The position numbers were made by a program, and so were the translations under genes. The notes below the pieces were generated by a model that was not told the origin of the DNA, did not search any database, and worked only from the letters and a program-made list of their open reading frames with translations. A DNA stretch of 24,507 bases from a virus (lineage: Duplodnaviria; Caudoviricetes): positions 1-24,507 of the IMG/VR virus record IMGVR_UViG_3300012890_000013; one strand, 5' to 3'. Positions within the stretch are counted from its first letter, which is position 1. Every line of letters begins with the position of its first letter. This document shows, one piece after another, positions 1 to 8,900 of this stretch.

Positions 1-1
1 G

Positions 2-415
2 ACGCGGAAGTTCTCCACCACCGAGATCGCCCGGCTGTTCGGCATCCCCGGCTGGATGATCAACGACCAGGAGAAGTCGACGTCCTGGGGCACCGGCATG
101 GAGCAGCAGTGGCGCACCTTCGTGCAGATCACTCTGCAGGGCTACATGCAGCGCATCGAACAGCGCCTGGTCCGCGAGCTGGTCAACCCCGCCACCGACC
201 AGGTCAAGTTCAAGGTCGAAGGCCTGCTGCGCGGCGACTCCGCCGGGCGCTCGGCGTTCTACTCCTCCGCCATCGTCAACGGCTGGATGGTGCCCAACGA
301 GGTCCGGGCATTGGAAGACCTCGAGCCCGTTCCCTGGGGCGATGAGCCCTACCTCCCGCACAACACCGCCGCCGAGGCGCAGACGACCACCGATCCGCCG
401 GGAGGCGACACATGA
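2..415 (+). CDS. Phage portal protein, HK97 family (C-terminal part; 5' end outside window)
   Basis: Frame is open from base 2 (TRKFSTTEIARLFGIPGWMI...STSWGTGMEQQ...LLRGD...NEVRALEDLEPVPWGDE), the typical HK97-portal C-terminus. Its stop overlaps the protease start (ATGA 412-415). Confidence 0.93.
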   Translation, partial: TRKFSTTEIARLFGIPGWMINDQEKSTSWGTGMEQQWRTFVQITLQGYMQRIEQRLVRELVNPATDQVKFKVEGLLRGDSAGRSAFYSSAIVNGWMVPNEVRALEDLEPVPWGDEPYLPHNTAAEAQTTTDPPGGDT

Positions 416-1137
416 CGACCACCCGCGAACCGCCCGGCCTCGTGGTCGAGCACCGCACCCTCGGCCTCGCCGACACCGACGTCGCCGTGCGCGCGGCCGG
501 CGACGGCGAGGCGAAGAAGTTCACCGGCCACGCGGCCGTCTTCGACTCGCGCACCACCATCGGTGACCCGATGCGGTGGGGCTTCTACGAGGAGATCGAC
601 GCCCGCGCTTTCGACGACACCCTCACCGTCGACGACCAGCGCTTCCTGGTCGACCACGACTCGCGGATGCTCGTCGCCCGCGTCTCTTCGGACGACCTCC
701 GGCTGTCCACCGACGGTGTCGGCCTGGCCGTCGACGCCGACCTGGACGAGGAGGTGTCCTACGTCCGCGATCTCGCTCGCAACCTGGAGAAGCGCCGCAT
801 CACCGGCATGAGCTTCGGGTTCCGGGTCCTCGCCGACGAGTGGCAGGAGGTCGAGATCGACGTCACCGACGACCAGGGCCGCACCTCGACGACCACCGCC
901 GAGCTGCGGCGCCTCACCAAGGTGCAGCTGCTCGAGGTCTCCGCCGTCACCTTCCCCGCCTACGAGGACACCGACGCCGGCCTGCGGGCCATGGTGTCCG
1001 AGGTCCGGGCCGCCCGCGGGCGGCCCGCTGAAGCACCCACCGCGCGCGGTGGGGACAAGGCCGCCGCTCGCGCGGCCGAACACCGCCGGCGCCGCGAGGC
1101 GGAGCTGGCAGCCCGCTACACGCTCCCCCGCCAGTAG
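412..1137 (+). CDS. HK97-family prohead (capsid maturation) protease
   Basis: Motifs FTGHAAVF, LVDHD (His), GMSFGF (Ser) and LLEVSAVTFPAYEDT; lies between portal and capsid; GGAGG upstream. Confidence 0.95.
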   Translation: MTTTREPPGLVVEHRTLGLADTDVAVRAAGDGEAKKFTGHAAVFDSRTTIGDPMRWGFYEEIDARAFDDTLTVDDQRFLVDHDSRMLVARVSSDDLRLSTDGVGLAVDADLDEEVSYVRDLARNLEKRRITGMSFGFRVLADEWQEVEIDVTDDQGRTSTTTAELRRLTKVQLLEVSAVTFPAYEDTDAGLRAMVSEVRAARGRPAEAPTARGGDKAAARAAEHRRRREAELAARYTLPRQ

Positions 1138-1181
1138 CCGGGCCCGCCCCACCTCTCCCCTGACGTCCCCTGGAGGACACC

Positions 1182-2450
1182 ATGAGCCGCCTGAAGAAGC
1201 TGATCGAGGACCGGGCCACCGCCTGGAGCCAGGTCAAGGACATCCGCGCCCGCCTCGAGGCGGACGGCTACAAGCCGAGCGACGAGGACAACGAGACCTA
1301 CGAGCGGGGCCTCGCCGACGTCGAGCGCCTCTCCCAGGACATCGAGCGCGAAGAGCGCGCCGAGCGTGCCGGCCGCGGCCTCGACGTCTTCACTCCCGAC
1401 CAGCGCACGACGAGCCCGCGCCCCGGCGACGGTGACCACGAGGAGCCCGACGCGGACCCCGAGCTCGCCTACCGCGGCGCCTTCGGTGAGTTCCTGCGCC
1501 GCGGCATCGTCGAGCTGGACGCCGAGCAGCGGCAGCTGCTGCAGCGCAACTTCAGCCAGACGAAGGAGATGCGCGCGCTCGCCGCCGGGACGAGCACCGC
1601 GGGCGGCTACACGGTGCCCAAGGAGTACCTCAACCGGATGACCGAGGCCATGAAGGACTACGGCGGCATCCTGCAGGTCTCCGACGTCATCAACACCGCC
1701 GACGGGTCGCAGATGTTCTGGCCCACCAACGACGACACCGCCAACGTCGGGGCCATCCTCGGCGAGAACGTCCAGGCCACCGAGCTGGACTTCACCTTCG
1801 GCCAGATGGACCTCAACGCCTTCATCTACACGTCGAAGATCACCCGCGTGTCCTTCTCGCTGCTGCAGGACTCCGCGTTCGACCTCGACACCTGGCTGCC
1901 GCGCAAGCAGGGCGAGCGCATCGGCCGCGCCGTGGCCGGCCACCTCGTCAACGGCACCGGCTCTGGTCAGCCGCAGGGCCTCGTCACGGGCCTGGTCGCC
2001 GCGGGCGCCATCGTCACCTCGTCGGTGAGCGCGAAGGTCTCCTTCGACGACCTCATCACCCTCGAGCACTCGATCGACCCGGCCTACCGCAACTCCGGGC
2101 GCCAGCGCTACCTGCTGTCGGACTCCGCGCTGATGAACCTGCGCAAGGTCAAGAACGCGCAGGACCAGTACGTCTGGCAGCCCTCCACGCAGGTCGGTAC
2201 CGCCTCGGCGATCAACGGGCACCCGTACACGATCGACAACGGCCTGGACGCTCTCGCCGCGTCCTCGCGCAGCGTCGTCTTCGGCGACATCGCCTCCGCG
2301 TACCTGGTGCGTCAGGTCGCCGGGTCGCAGCAGATGCGCCTCACCGAGCGCTACGCCGACTTCGGCCAGGTCGGCTTCCTGGCCTTCATGCGCCTGGACG
2401 CCAAGGTCCAGGACGCCAACGCGGCCCGGGTCCTCGTCACCAAGGCCTGA
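1182..2450 (+). CDS. Major capsid protein, HK97 fold, with N-terminal scaffold (delta) domain
   Basis: Helical N-terminal ~130 aa, then AGGYTVP, SFSLLQDS, NGTGSGQPQG, VVFGD and QVGFLAFMRLD motifs; strong GGAGG RBS. Confidence 0.96.
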   Translation: MSRLKKLIEDRATAWSQVKDIRARLEADGYKPSDEDNETYERGLADVERLSQDIEREERAERAGRGLDVFTPDQRTTSPRPGDGDHEEPDADPELAYRGAFGEFLRRGIVELDAEQRQLLQRNFSQTKEMRALAAGTSTAGGYTVPKEYLNRMTEAMKDYGGILQVSDVINTADGSQMFWPTNDDTANVGAILGENVQATELDFTFGQMDLNAFIYTSKITRVSFSLLQDSAFDLDTWLPRKQGERIGRAVAGHLVNGTGSGQPQGLVTGLVAAGAIVTSSVSAKVSFDDLITLEHSIDPAYRNSGRQRYLLSDSALMNLRKVKNAQDQYVWQPSTQVGTASAINGHPYTIDNGLDALAASSRSVVFGDIASAYLVRQVAGSQQMRLTERYADFGQVGFLAFMRLDAKVQDANAARVLVTKA

Positions 2451-2488
2451 GCCGACCACCGCATCATCGACGCCTGAGGAGGCCCGCC

Positions 2489-2743
2489 ATGGCGGAGACC
2501 ACGAAGCCCACCCCGGAGCCCAAGACCACCGGAGCGACGGAGACGCCCGCTGCCGGCGGCGTCGCGGCCGACACCGGCATCGACGCCGCCGGCGTCACCG
2601 TGCCGGAGGAGGCGAAGGAGACCGCGCACGCCAAGGTCGACGTCGTCGCCGTGCCGTCCCTGCGCGCCGACGGCACCCCGGACCAGACCAGCGACTTCAA
2701 GCAGCTGGTCGAGGACGAGGACCCCGCCCGCAAGGCGCTGTGA
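2489..2743 (+). CDS. Small hypothetical protein after the capsid gene
   Basis: GAGGAGG RBS, GC3-rich codons, Thr/Pro/Ala-rich N-terminus; GTGA-coupled to the next ORF. Confidence 0.7.
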   Translation: MAETTKPTPEPKTTGATETPAAGGVAADTGIDAAGVTVPEEAKETAHAKVDVVAVPSLRADGTPDQTSDFKQLVEDEDPARKAL

Positions 2744-2961
2744 GCGTGGGGGCCAGCCAGGGCGGCTACGAACCGCCCCCGCCCGGCCGCCGCATCCGGT
2801 CGCGGCTGCACCGCGGAGAGTTCGTCGTCTCCGCGGCGCAGACGCGCCGGCACGGCCACGCGCTCCTCCACGACCTCGAGCGTCCCGAGCGCGACCAGCG
2901 CGAGGTGACCGCAGAGCTCAGCCGCCCCGACGAGCCCGGAGGTGAACAGCGATGCCCCTGA
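2740..2961 (+). CDS. Hypothetical 73-aa protein carrying a tape-measure-like GG...HRGEFVV motif
   Basis: GTGA overlap with the upstream stop and fills the gap exactly. GGY...LHRGEFVVSAAQTRRHGHALLHDL resembles the three repeats in the tape measure. Confidence 0.65.
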   Translation: MSVGASQGGYEPPPPGRRIRSRLHRGEFVVSAAQTRRHGHALLHDLERPERDQREVTAELSRPDEPGGEQRCP

Positions 2962-3476
2962 GCGTTCAGGACCTCGCCGAGCACCTCGGCCTCACGACCA
3001 CGCCCGACGACCTGCAGCTGTTCCTCGACGCCGCCGTGCGCGTCGTCGAGGGCCGCTGCGGCCCGCTCGAGGAGCGGCCGCAGACGCTGCGATGCCGGCC
3101 CAACGGCCGCAACCTCGTGCTGCCGGCCACCGAACTGCGGTCGGTCACCGCGGTCCGCAACCCCGCCGGCCAGGTCGTCGAAGTGCGACCGGCCGACGTC
3201 AACCTCCTCGCCGGCATCGTGCCGGTGCCCACCATCCGCGCGGGGTGGTGGGAGGTCGACGTCGTCACCGGTAACCAGACGATGCCGCCGGACCTCAAGC
3301 TGGCCGTCTTCATCGTCGCCTCCCACCTGTACGAGATCCGCCGCGGCCGTGGCGGGCGACCGCAGGCCTTCTACGGCGGCGAGAACAGCGACACCCAGGA
3401 CGTCCCCCGCGGGTTCGCGGTGCCCGCGCGAGCCGCCGAGCTCATGCGCCCGTACATCCTCCCGGCGTTCGCGTGA
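2952..3476 (+). CDS. Head-tail adaptor/connector (gp6/gp15-like)
   Basis: LSVQDLAEHL...LQLFLDAA...VEGRCG start and PPDLKLAVFIVASHLYE...LMRPY end are typical of adaptors; position after capsid; GGAGG RBS. Confidence 0.85.
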   Translation: MPLSVQDLAEHLGLTTTPDDLQLFLDAAVRVVEGRCGPLEERPQTLRCRPNGRNLVLPATELRSVTAVRNPAGQVVEVRPADVNLLAGIVPVPTIRAGWWEVDVVTGNQTMPPDLKLAVFIVASHLYEIRRGRGGRPQAFYGGENSDTQDVPRGFAVPARAAELMRPYILPAFA

Positions 3477-3925
3477 AGCCCCGCGGCACGCGGATCCCCG
3501 TCCTGGTGGCCAGCCTCGTCGACATCGTCACGCGCGGCCTGGACCCCGTGCAGGTCATCAACGGCCCCCGCGGTGCGCAGAACATCGCCGCCGACGCCGT
3601 CCTGCTCGGGCTCACGCCCGCCGGCGCTGAAGCGGTGGCGGTCACCAGCACGGCCGCCGCCGGTCTCGGCTCCCGGCCTGTGGACTCCTTCACCCTCTGG
3701 GGCCTCGTCTCCTGCTACCACGGCGACGACGACGTCCAGGGCCTCTACAACCGCGCCGGCGAGCTGCTCGACCAGGTCGAGGAGCTCCTTGTCGCCCAGC
3801 GCGTCATCCCCGACGTCGCCGACGACCTGAAGCTCGGCACCGACTCCACCTGGACGCCGGCGCACTTCGAGCAGGGCACCGCGCTCGAGGTGTCCTTCAC
3901 CATCACCGGCCGGATGCTGAGGTGA
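3473..3925 (+). CDS. Probable tail terminator / head-tail joining protein
   Basis: 150 aa, GTGA-coupled at both ends; strand-helix-strand pattern ending LEVSFTITG is consistent with terminators. Assigned mainly by position. Confidence 0.55.
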   Translation: MKPRGTRIPVLVASLVDIVTRGLDPVQVINGPRGAQNIAADAVLLGLTPAGAEAVAVTSTAAAGLGSRPVDSFTLWGLVSCYHGDDDVQGLYNRAGELLDQVEELLVAQRVIPDVADDLKLGTDSTWTPAHFEQGTALEVSFTITGRMLR

Positions 3926-4374
3926 CGGTCGAAGACAACGGCGAGCTCACCCGCGAGATCGGCCGCCTCGGGCCGCGCCTGCGGCAGATCCCGGACGACC
4001 TCCGCACGGCGACACGCACCGCCATCCGCACCGCAGCCACACCGCTCGCCGCACGAGCCAGGCAGAACGCGGCCTGGTCCACCCGCATCCCGCGCGCCAT
4101 CCGCGTCGGGACGAGCTTCGCGGGCAAGAACGCGGGCGTCACCCTCCGCGTGGCGCTGCGCACGGCCCCGCACGGCCGCGCCTACGAGGACCTCTCCGGG
4201 GCCTCCCGCAACGGGACGTTCCGGCACCCCGTGTTCGGACACCGCGACCGCTGGGTGACGCAGAAGACCCGCCCCTTCATCGGCCCCGCTGTCTCGGCGG
4301 GCCGCGACCAGACCCTGCGCGACGTGGACGAGGCCATCACCACGGTCCTCGCCCGCGCCGGCTTCACGAACTGA
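3922..4374 (+). CDS. HK97 gp10-like neck/tail completion protein
   Basis: Basic 150-aa protein with APHGRAYE, FRHPVFG and WVTQKTRPFIGPA motifs. Confidence 0.8.
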   Translation: MTVEDNGELTREIGRLGPRLRQIPDDLRTATRTAIRTAATPLAARARQNAAWSTRIPRAIRVGTSFAGKNAGVTLRVALRTAPHGRAYEDLSGASRNGTFRHPVFGHRDRWVTQKTRPFIGPAVSAGRDQTLRDVDEAITTVLARAGFTN

Positions 4375-4386
4375 CAGGAGGGCGTC

Positions 4387-4599
4387 ATGGCCCAGTTCAT
4401 CGAGATCGAGCACCCCAAGATCGAGGGGCACACCGCGCGCGTCGCGGAGAGCGCCCTGGAGAGGCTCGCCGAGGCGGGCTGGAAGCGCGTCGACCAGGCC
4501 ACCGAGTCGCCCAGTGCGGCCGACGTGCCCGAGACCCTCCCGGCGCCTGCCCCGGTCGCCGCTGACACCCCGGCCCCGAAGGCCAAGCCGAGCAAGTAA
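4387..4599 (+). CDS. Small hypothetical virion-associated protein (HP..VAESAL..W domain plus Pro/Ala tail)
   Basis: AGGAGG RBS; first ~36 aa resemble the N-terminus of CDS 14772..15983. Confidence 0.8.
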   Translation: MAQFIEIEHPKIEGHTARVAESALERLAEAGWKRVDQATESPSAADVPETLPAPAPVAADTPAPKAKPSK

Positions 4600-4641
4600 C
4601 ACGTCCCGCCGCCCCTCCCCCTCCCGAACCTGGAGTCCCTC

Positions 4642-5157
4642 ATGGTCACGCCGCTGCCCCAGTCCGACCGCTTCTTCGCCCCGGGCATCACCAAGGCCCT
4701 GTTCCTGCCGGTGGTGGCCAACTCCACCAAGAGCTCCTCCGACCCGGCCTACTGCGTGCCGACCGCCGCGGAGGTGTCCGCCGGCATCGACCTGTCCGAC
4801 GAGATCGCCGACTGGTCCGGCTTCAGCCTCTCCTCGAACTTCATCGACACCCCCGACCTCGGCTCGCTGTTCACGGGCACCGTCCCGGGCCGCATCAGCT
4901 CCGAGGCGTCGAGCATCACGTTCTACGCCGACCGCGACGGCCAGGACGTCCGCGAGATCCTGCCGCGCACCACCCAGGGCTTCATCCTCATCGCCGACGG
5001 CGGCCTGGCCACCGGCAAGAAGGCCGACGTCTTCCCGATCGAGGTCGGCTCCGTCGGCAAGCCGCGGTCGGTGTCCGACACCGCCTCGCAGCTCACGATC
5101 AACGTGTCCATCCGCCGGCAGCCGGCGCAGGACGTGACGCTGCCGACCATCGCGTGA
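4642..5157 (+). CDS. Major tail (tube) protein, actinophage type
   Basis: PTAAEVSAGIDLS, IDTPDLGSLFTGTVPGR, ITFYAD and DVFPIEV motifs; sits directly before the chaperones and tape measure. Confidence 0.88.
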   Translation: MVTPLPQSDRFFAPGITKALFLPVVANSTKSSSDPAYCVPTAAEVSAGIDLSDEIADWSGFSLSSNFIDTPDLGSLFTGTVPGRISSEASSITFYADRDGQDVREILPRTTQGFILIADGGLATGKKADVFPIEVGSVGKPRSVSDTASQLTINVSIRRQPAQDVTLPTIA

Positions 5158-5639
5158 GTGCTCTCCGCGACAGGCTGGCCGCGAAGGCGCGCCGGCGGAC
5201 CGTCTTCCACGTCGAGATCAGCGACGCCGAGGACGCCCGCCGGCGCGTCGACGAGGCGCAGCAGCAGGTCACGCTGCGCGGCTTCATGGACGGGGCCTCC
5301 GAGCTCGAAACGGCGAAGGCTGCCCTCGCCGCAGCCGAGCAGGAACTCGCCAAGCACTACGAGCCCGTCGAGTTCCAGGCGGCCACGCCGGCCGACTACG
5401 AGGCCCTGTCGGCGGCGCACTTCCAGGACAAGAAGGACGACGACATCGACATCGACGCCGTCCTGCCCGCCCTCGCCGCCATCTGCGCGGTCGAGGAAGA
5501 CATGCGCGACGAGGCCTGGTGGTCCGACCAGCTGTCCCCGGCCACCTCGGCCTGGTCGGCCGGGGAGCGCTCGGCGCTCTACAACCGCCTCGTCGACCTG
5601 AACGTCGCCCGCCCGGACGTGCGGATCCCAAAAGGCTGA
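5154..5639 (+). CDS. Tail assembly chaperone (gpG equivalent)
   Basis: Between major tail and tape measure; ends ...RIPKG over a slippery heptamer. Confidence 0.85.
   Translation: MSALRDRLAAKARRRTVFHVEISDAEDARRRVDEAQQQVTLRGFMDGASELETAKAALAAAEQELAKHYEPVEFQAATPADYEALSAAHFQDKKDDDIDIDAVLPALAAICAVEEDMRDEAWWSDQLSPATSAWSAGERSALYNRLVDLNVARPDVRIPKG
5627..5633 (+). other. Programmed -1 ribosomal frameshift site C CCA AAA
   Basis: X XXY YYZ heptamer in the chaperone frame (ATC CCA AAA GGC TGA); the -1 frame stays open to 5980. Confidence 0.85.
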
Positions 5640-5980
5640 CGAGGGACGCTCTCTTCGCGGCCCGCATGGCCTACTGCGGGCCGCAAGGGATCCCCCTCGA
5701 CACCTTCCTCGGGTGGCCGCAGGCCTCCCAGGACGCCGCCCTGATGTGGCAGGCGCATGAGGGCCGCCGCTACCCCGACGGCACCCACCCCGACGACTGG
5801 GACCCAGAGCAGGGCGGGTCCCGTCGGGCTTTCCACACCCACATCGACGTCCACCCCGGCGCCCAGCTCATCGAGACCGCGATGAACAGCCCCGACTTCG
5901 CCGCAGCGGGCAAGGGCGCGCACGTGCGCCTGGTCCCCGGCGACGCCGCTGCATGCACTCGCTGCGGACAGCAGCACTGA
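5633..5980 (+). CDS. Tail assembly chaperone frameshift extension (gpT part of gpGT; full product 5154..5980)
   Basis: -1 frame reads RLTRDALFAARMAYCGPQGIPLDTFLGWP...DAALMWQ...DWDPEQGG; ends just before the tape measure RBS. Confidence 0.8.
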   Translation, partial: RLTRDALFAARMAYCGPQGIPLDTFLGWPQASQDAALMWQAHEGRRYPDGTHPDDWDPEQGGSRRAFHTHIDVHPGAQLIETAMNSPDFAAAGKGAHVRLVPGDAAACTRCGQQH

Positions 5981-5993
5981 GAGGAGTCCGGCC

Positions 5994-8900
5994 GTGGCCG
6001 ACCGCAACAACGACATCCTCATCCGGCTGCAGCTGCGCACCCAGGGCGACTTCAAGACCGCCGAGGCCTCCGCCAAGGCCATGGAGCGCGAGCTGGGCCG
6101 CCTGGAGACCGCTCAGCGCTCCATGGCCGCCAACGAGGCCGCCGCCTACCGGGAGCAGGCCGCGCGCGACGCCAAGCGCTCGGACTCCCTCGCCAAGGCC
6201 GGGCGCTCCATGCAGCTGCTCGGGCTGGCCTCCATCGCCGCCGGGGGCGTGGCGATCAAGTCCTTCGCGGACTTCGACGCCGCCATGAGCGAAGTGCAGG
6301 CCGCGACCCACGAGACCTCGCAGAACATGGGTCAGCTGCGTGAGGCGGCGCTGAAGGCCGGCAAGGACACCGTCTACTCCGCCACCGAAGCTGCCGGCGC
6401 CATCAGCGAGCTGTCCAAGGCTGGCGTGTCCACCACCGACATCCTCGGCGGCGGCCTGTCCGGCGCGCTGAACCTCGCCGCGGCCGGCGGCATCGACGTC
6501 GGTGAGGCCGCCGAGACCGCTGCGTCGGCCATGACGCAGTTCGGCCTCTCCGGCAAGGACGTCGGTCACATCGCCGACCTCCTCGCCGCCGGCGCCGGCA
6601 AGGCGCAGGGGTCTGTCTCCGACCTCGGTGCGGCGCTCAACCAGTCAGGCCTGGTCGCCAGCCAGATGGGGCTCGGCATCGAGGAGACCACCGGCACCCT
6701 CGCTGCGTTCGCCTCCGCCGGCCTCACCGGCTCGGACTCCGGCACCAGCTTCAAGACGATGCTGCTGTCCCTGGCCAACCCGTCCAAGGCCGCCACCGAG
6801 ACGATGACCTCGCTCGGCATCGCGGCCTACGACGCGCAGGGCAACTTCGTCGGCACCGAACGGCTGGCCGGGCAGCTGCAGGCCGCGCTCGGTGGCCTCA
6901 GCCAGGAGCAGCGCGACTCCGCGCTCGCCACCATCTTCGGCAGCGACGCGATCCGCGCCGCCAACGTCCTCTACACCCAGGGCTCGGCCGGCATCGGCAA
7001 GTGGACCGCGGCCGTGAACGACACCGGCTACGCCGCCGACACCGCCCGCGTCCGCACCGACAACCTCCGCGGCGACCTCGAGCGGCTGAAGGGCTCCCTG
7101 GAGACCGCCTTCATCGCCGGCGGAGAGGGCGCCGGAGGGGTCCTGCGCACGCTGGTGCAGCTCGCGACCCAGGCGGTGGACTCCTTCTCTGACCTCCCCC
7201 CCGAGCTGCAGTCGGCCGCTGCTGGTGCGGCTGTCGTCGGCGGCGGCCTCGTCGCGATGGGCGGCGCCGCACTCGAGGCCGGGCAGAAGATCGTCGAGGT
7301 CAAGGAGACAATGGAGGCCCTCGGCCTCACCGCGGGCAACCTCAAGACGGCCTTCGGCAAGGTCACCTCCTTCCTCGGGGGTCCCTGGGGTCTCGCCATC
7401 ACCGGGGCCGTCGTACTCCTCGGAGCCTTCGGCGCCTCCGCCTACGAGGCCCACAAGCAGCAGGAAGAGCTGCGCGGCACCCTCGACCAGACGACTGGCG
7501 CCATCACCAGTCAGACGAAGGCGCTCGTCGCCCAGACCCTGCAGCAGGACGGCACCCTTCGCCAGGCCCGCATGCTCGGCGTGAACCTCCAGACCGTCAC
7601 CGACGCAGCGCTCGGCAACGCCGACGCCATCGCCACCCTGCAGGCGAAGTACGACGCCGCCGTCGCCGCGCAGAAGACGTTCACCACGCAGAACGGCATC
7701 GCCGCCGGAAGCCAAAACCTCCTGAACACCGCGACCAACAAGACCGCCTCCAGCCTCGACGTCCAGGTGCGCGGCCTCGGCAACCTGATCGAGACCACCG
7801 GGCGCTCCGCCGGCGTCATCAGCGACCAGGCCGCGGCCGCCGCCGAAGTCGCGGACGCTGCCGGTACAGCCAGCGGGGCGACCACCGACCTCACTGGCGC
7901 GACCACCGGACTCGCCGAGGCGAGCACCGTCGCAGCCAACGCCGCGAGCAACCTCTCCGACGCCGAGCGGTCCGTCCGCTCCGACTTCGCCGACACCGCA
8001 GCCAGCTTCGTGAGCGTAGGCGACGCGCTCAAGACCGCCCAGGACCAGGTCGACGCGAAGGTCAGGGAGTCCGCGCAGGCGCAGGCGGATGCGTCGAAGT
8101 CGACGAAGGACTCCTGGGAGGACTACGCCAAGGGCGTCACGGCCAGCTTCGACCAGGTCATCGCTCAGCTCGAGAAGCAGGTCACCTCCCAGGGCGACTG
8201 GGAACGCAACATGATCCTGCTCGCCGGCCGTGTCAGCGACGGCACCCTCGACTCCCTGCGCAAGCTCGGGCCGGAGGGGTCTGCTCTCGTCGCCGATCTG
8301 GTCAACCGCAGCGCCGACGAGCTCGCACGCTTCGACGATCTCACCACGCAGTCACTGTCCAGCACGACTGATGCGTGGGCCACGAAGCTGCGGGAGGCTG
8401 AGCCGGTTCTGGCGGCCGCAGCGCGGGACCTCGGCGAGAAGACCGCCGACGGCTACCGGCAGCGCCTCGCCGACGGCACTGCGAGCGTCGAGCAGATCGC
8501 CCAGGAGTACAAGGCCGCGCTGGACCAGAACATCCCGTCCTCGAAGACGACCCTGATCTCCATCCAGGGCGCCAACCAGGCCGTCGAGGGTGTCAAGAGC
8601 GTGAAGTCGTCGATCGACGCCCTCCAGGACAAGACGATCACCCTCAAGGCGATCCTCTCGGGCTCCGTCGCTCCCGCGGCGACGCTGAAGCCGGGCGACC
8701 CCGGCTACGGCGTTCGTCTCAAGGCGACGGGCGGGTACATCAGCGGCCCAGGCACGGGCACCAGCGACTCCATCCCCGCGCTGCTGTCCAACGGCGAGTA
8801 TGTCGTGCGCGCGGCCGCCACCGGCCGCCACAGGGGTCTCCTCGAGGCCATCAACCGCGACGACCCCTCCGTTCCCCGCTTCGCCGCCGGCGGGGCCGTG

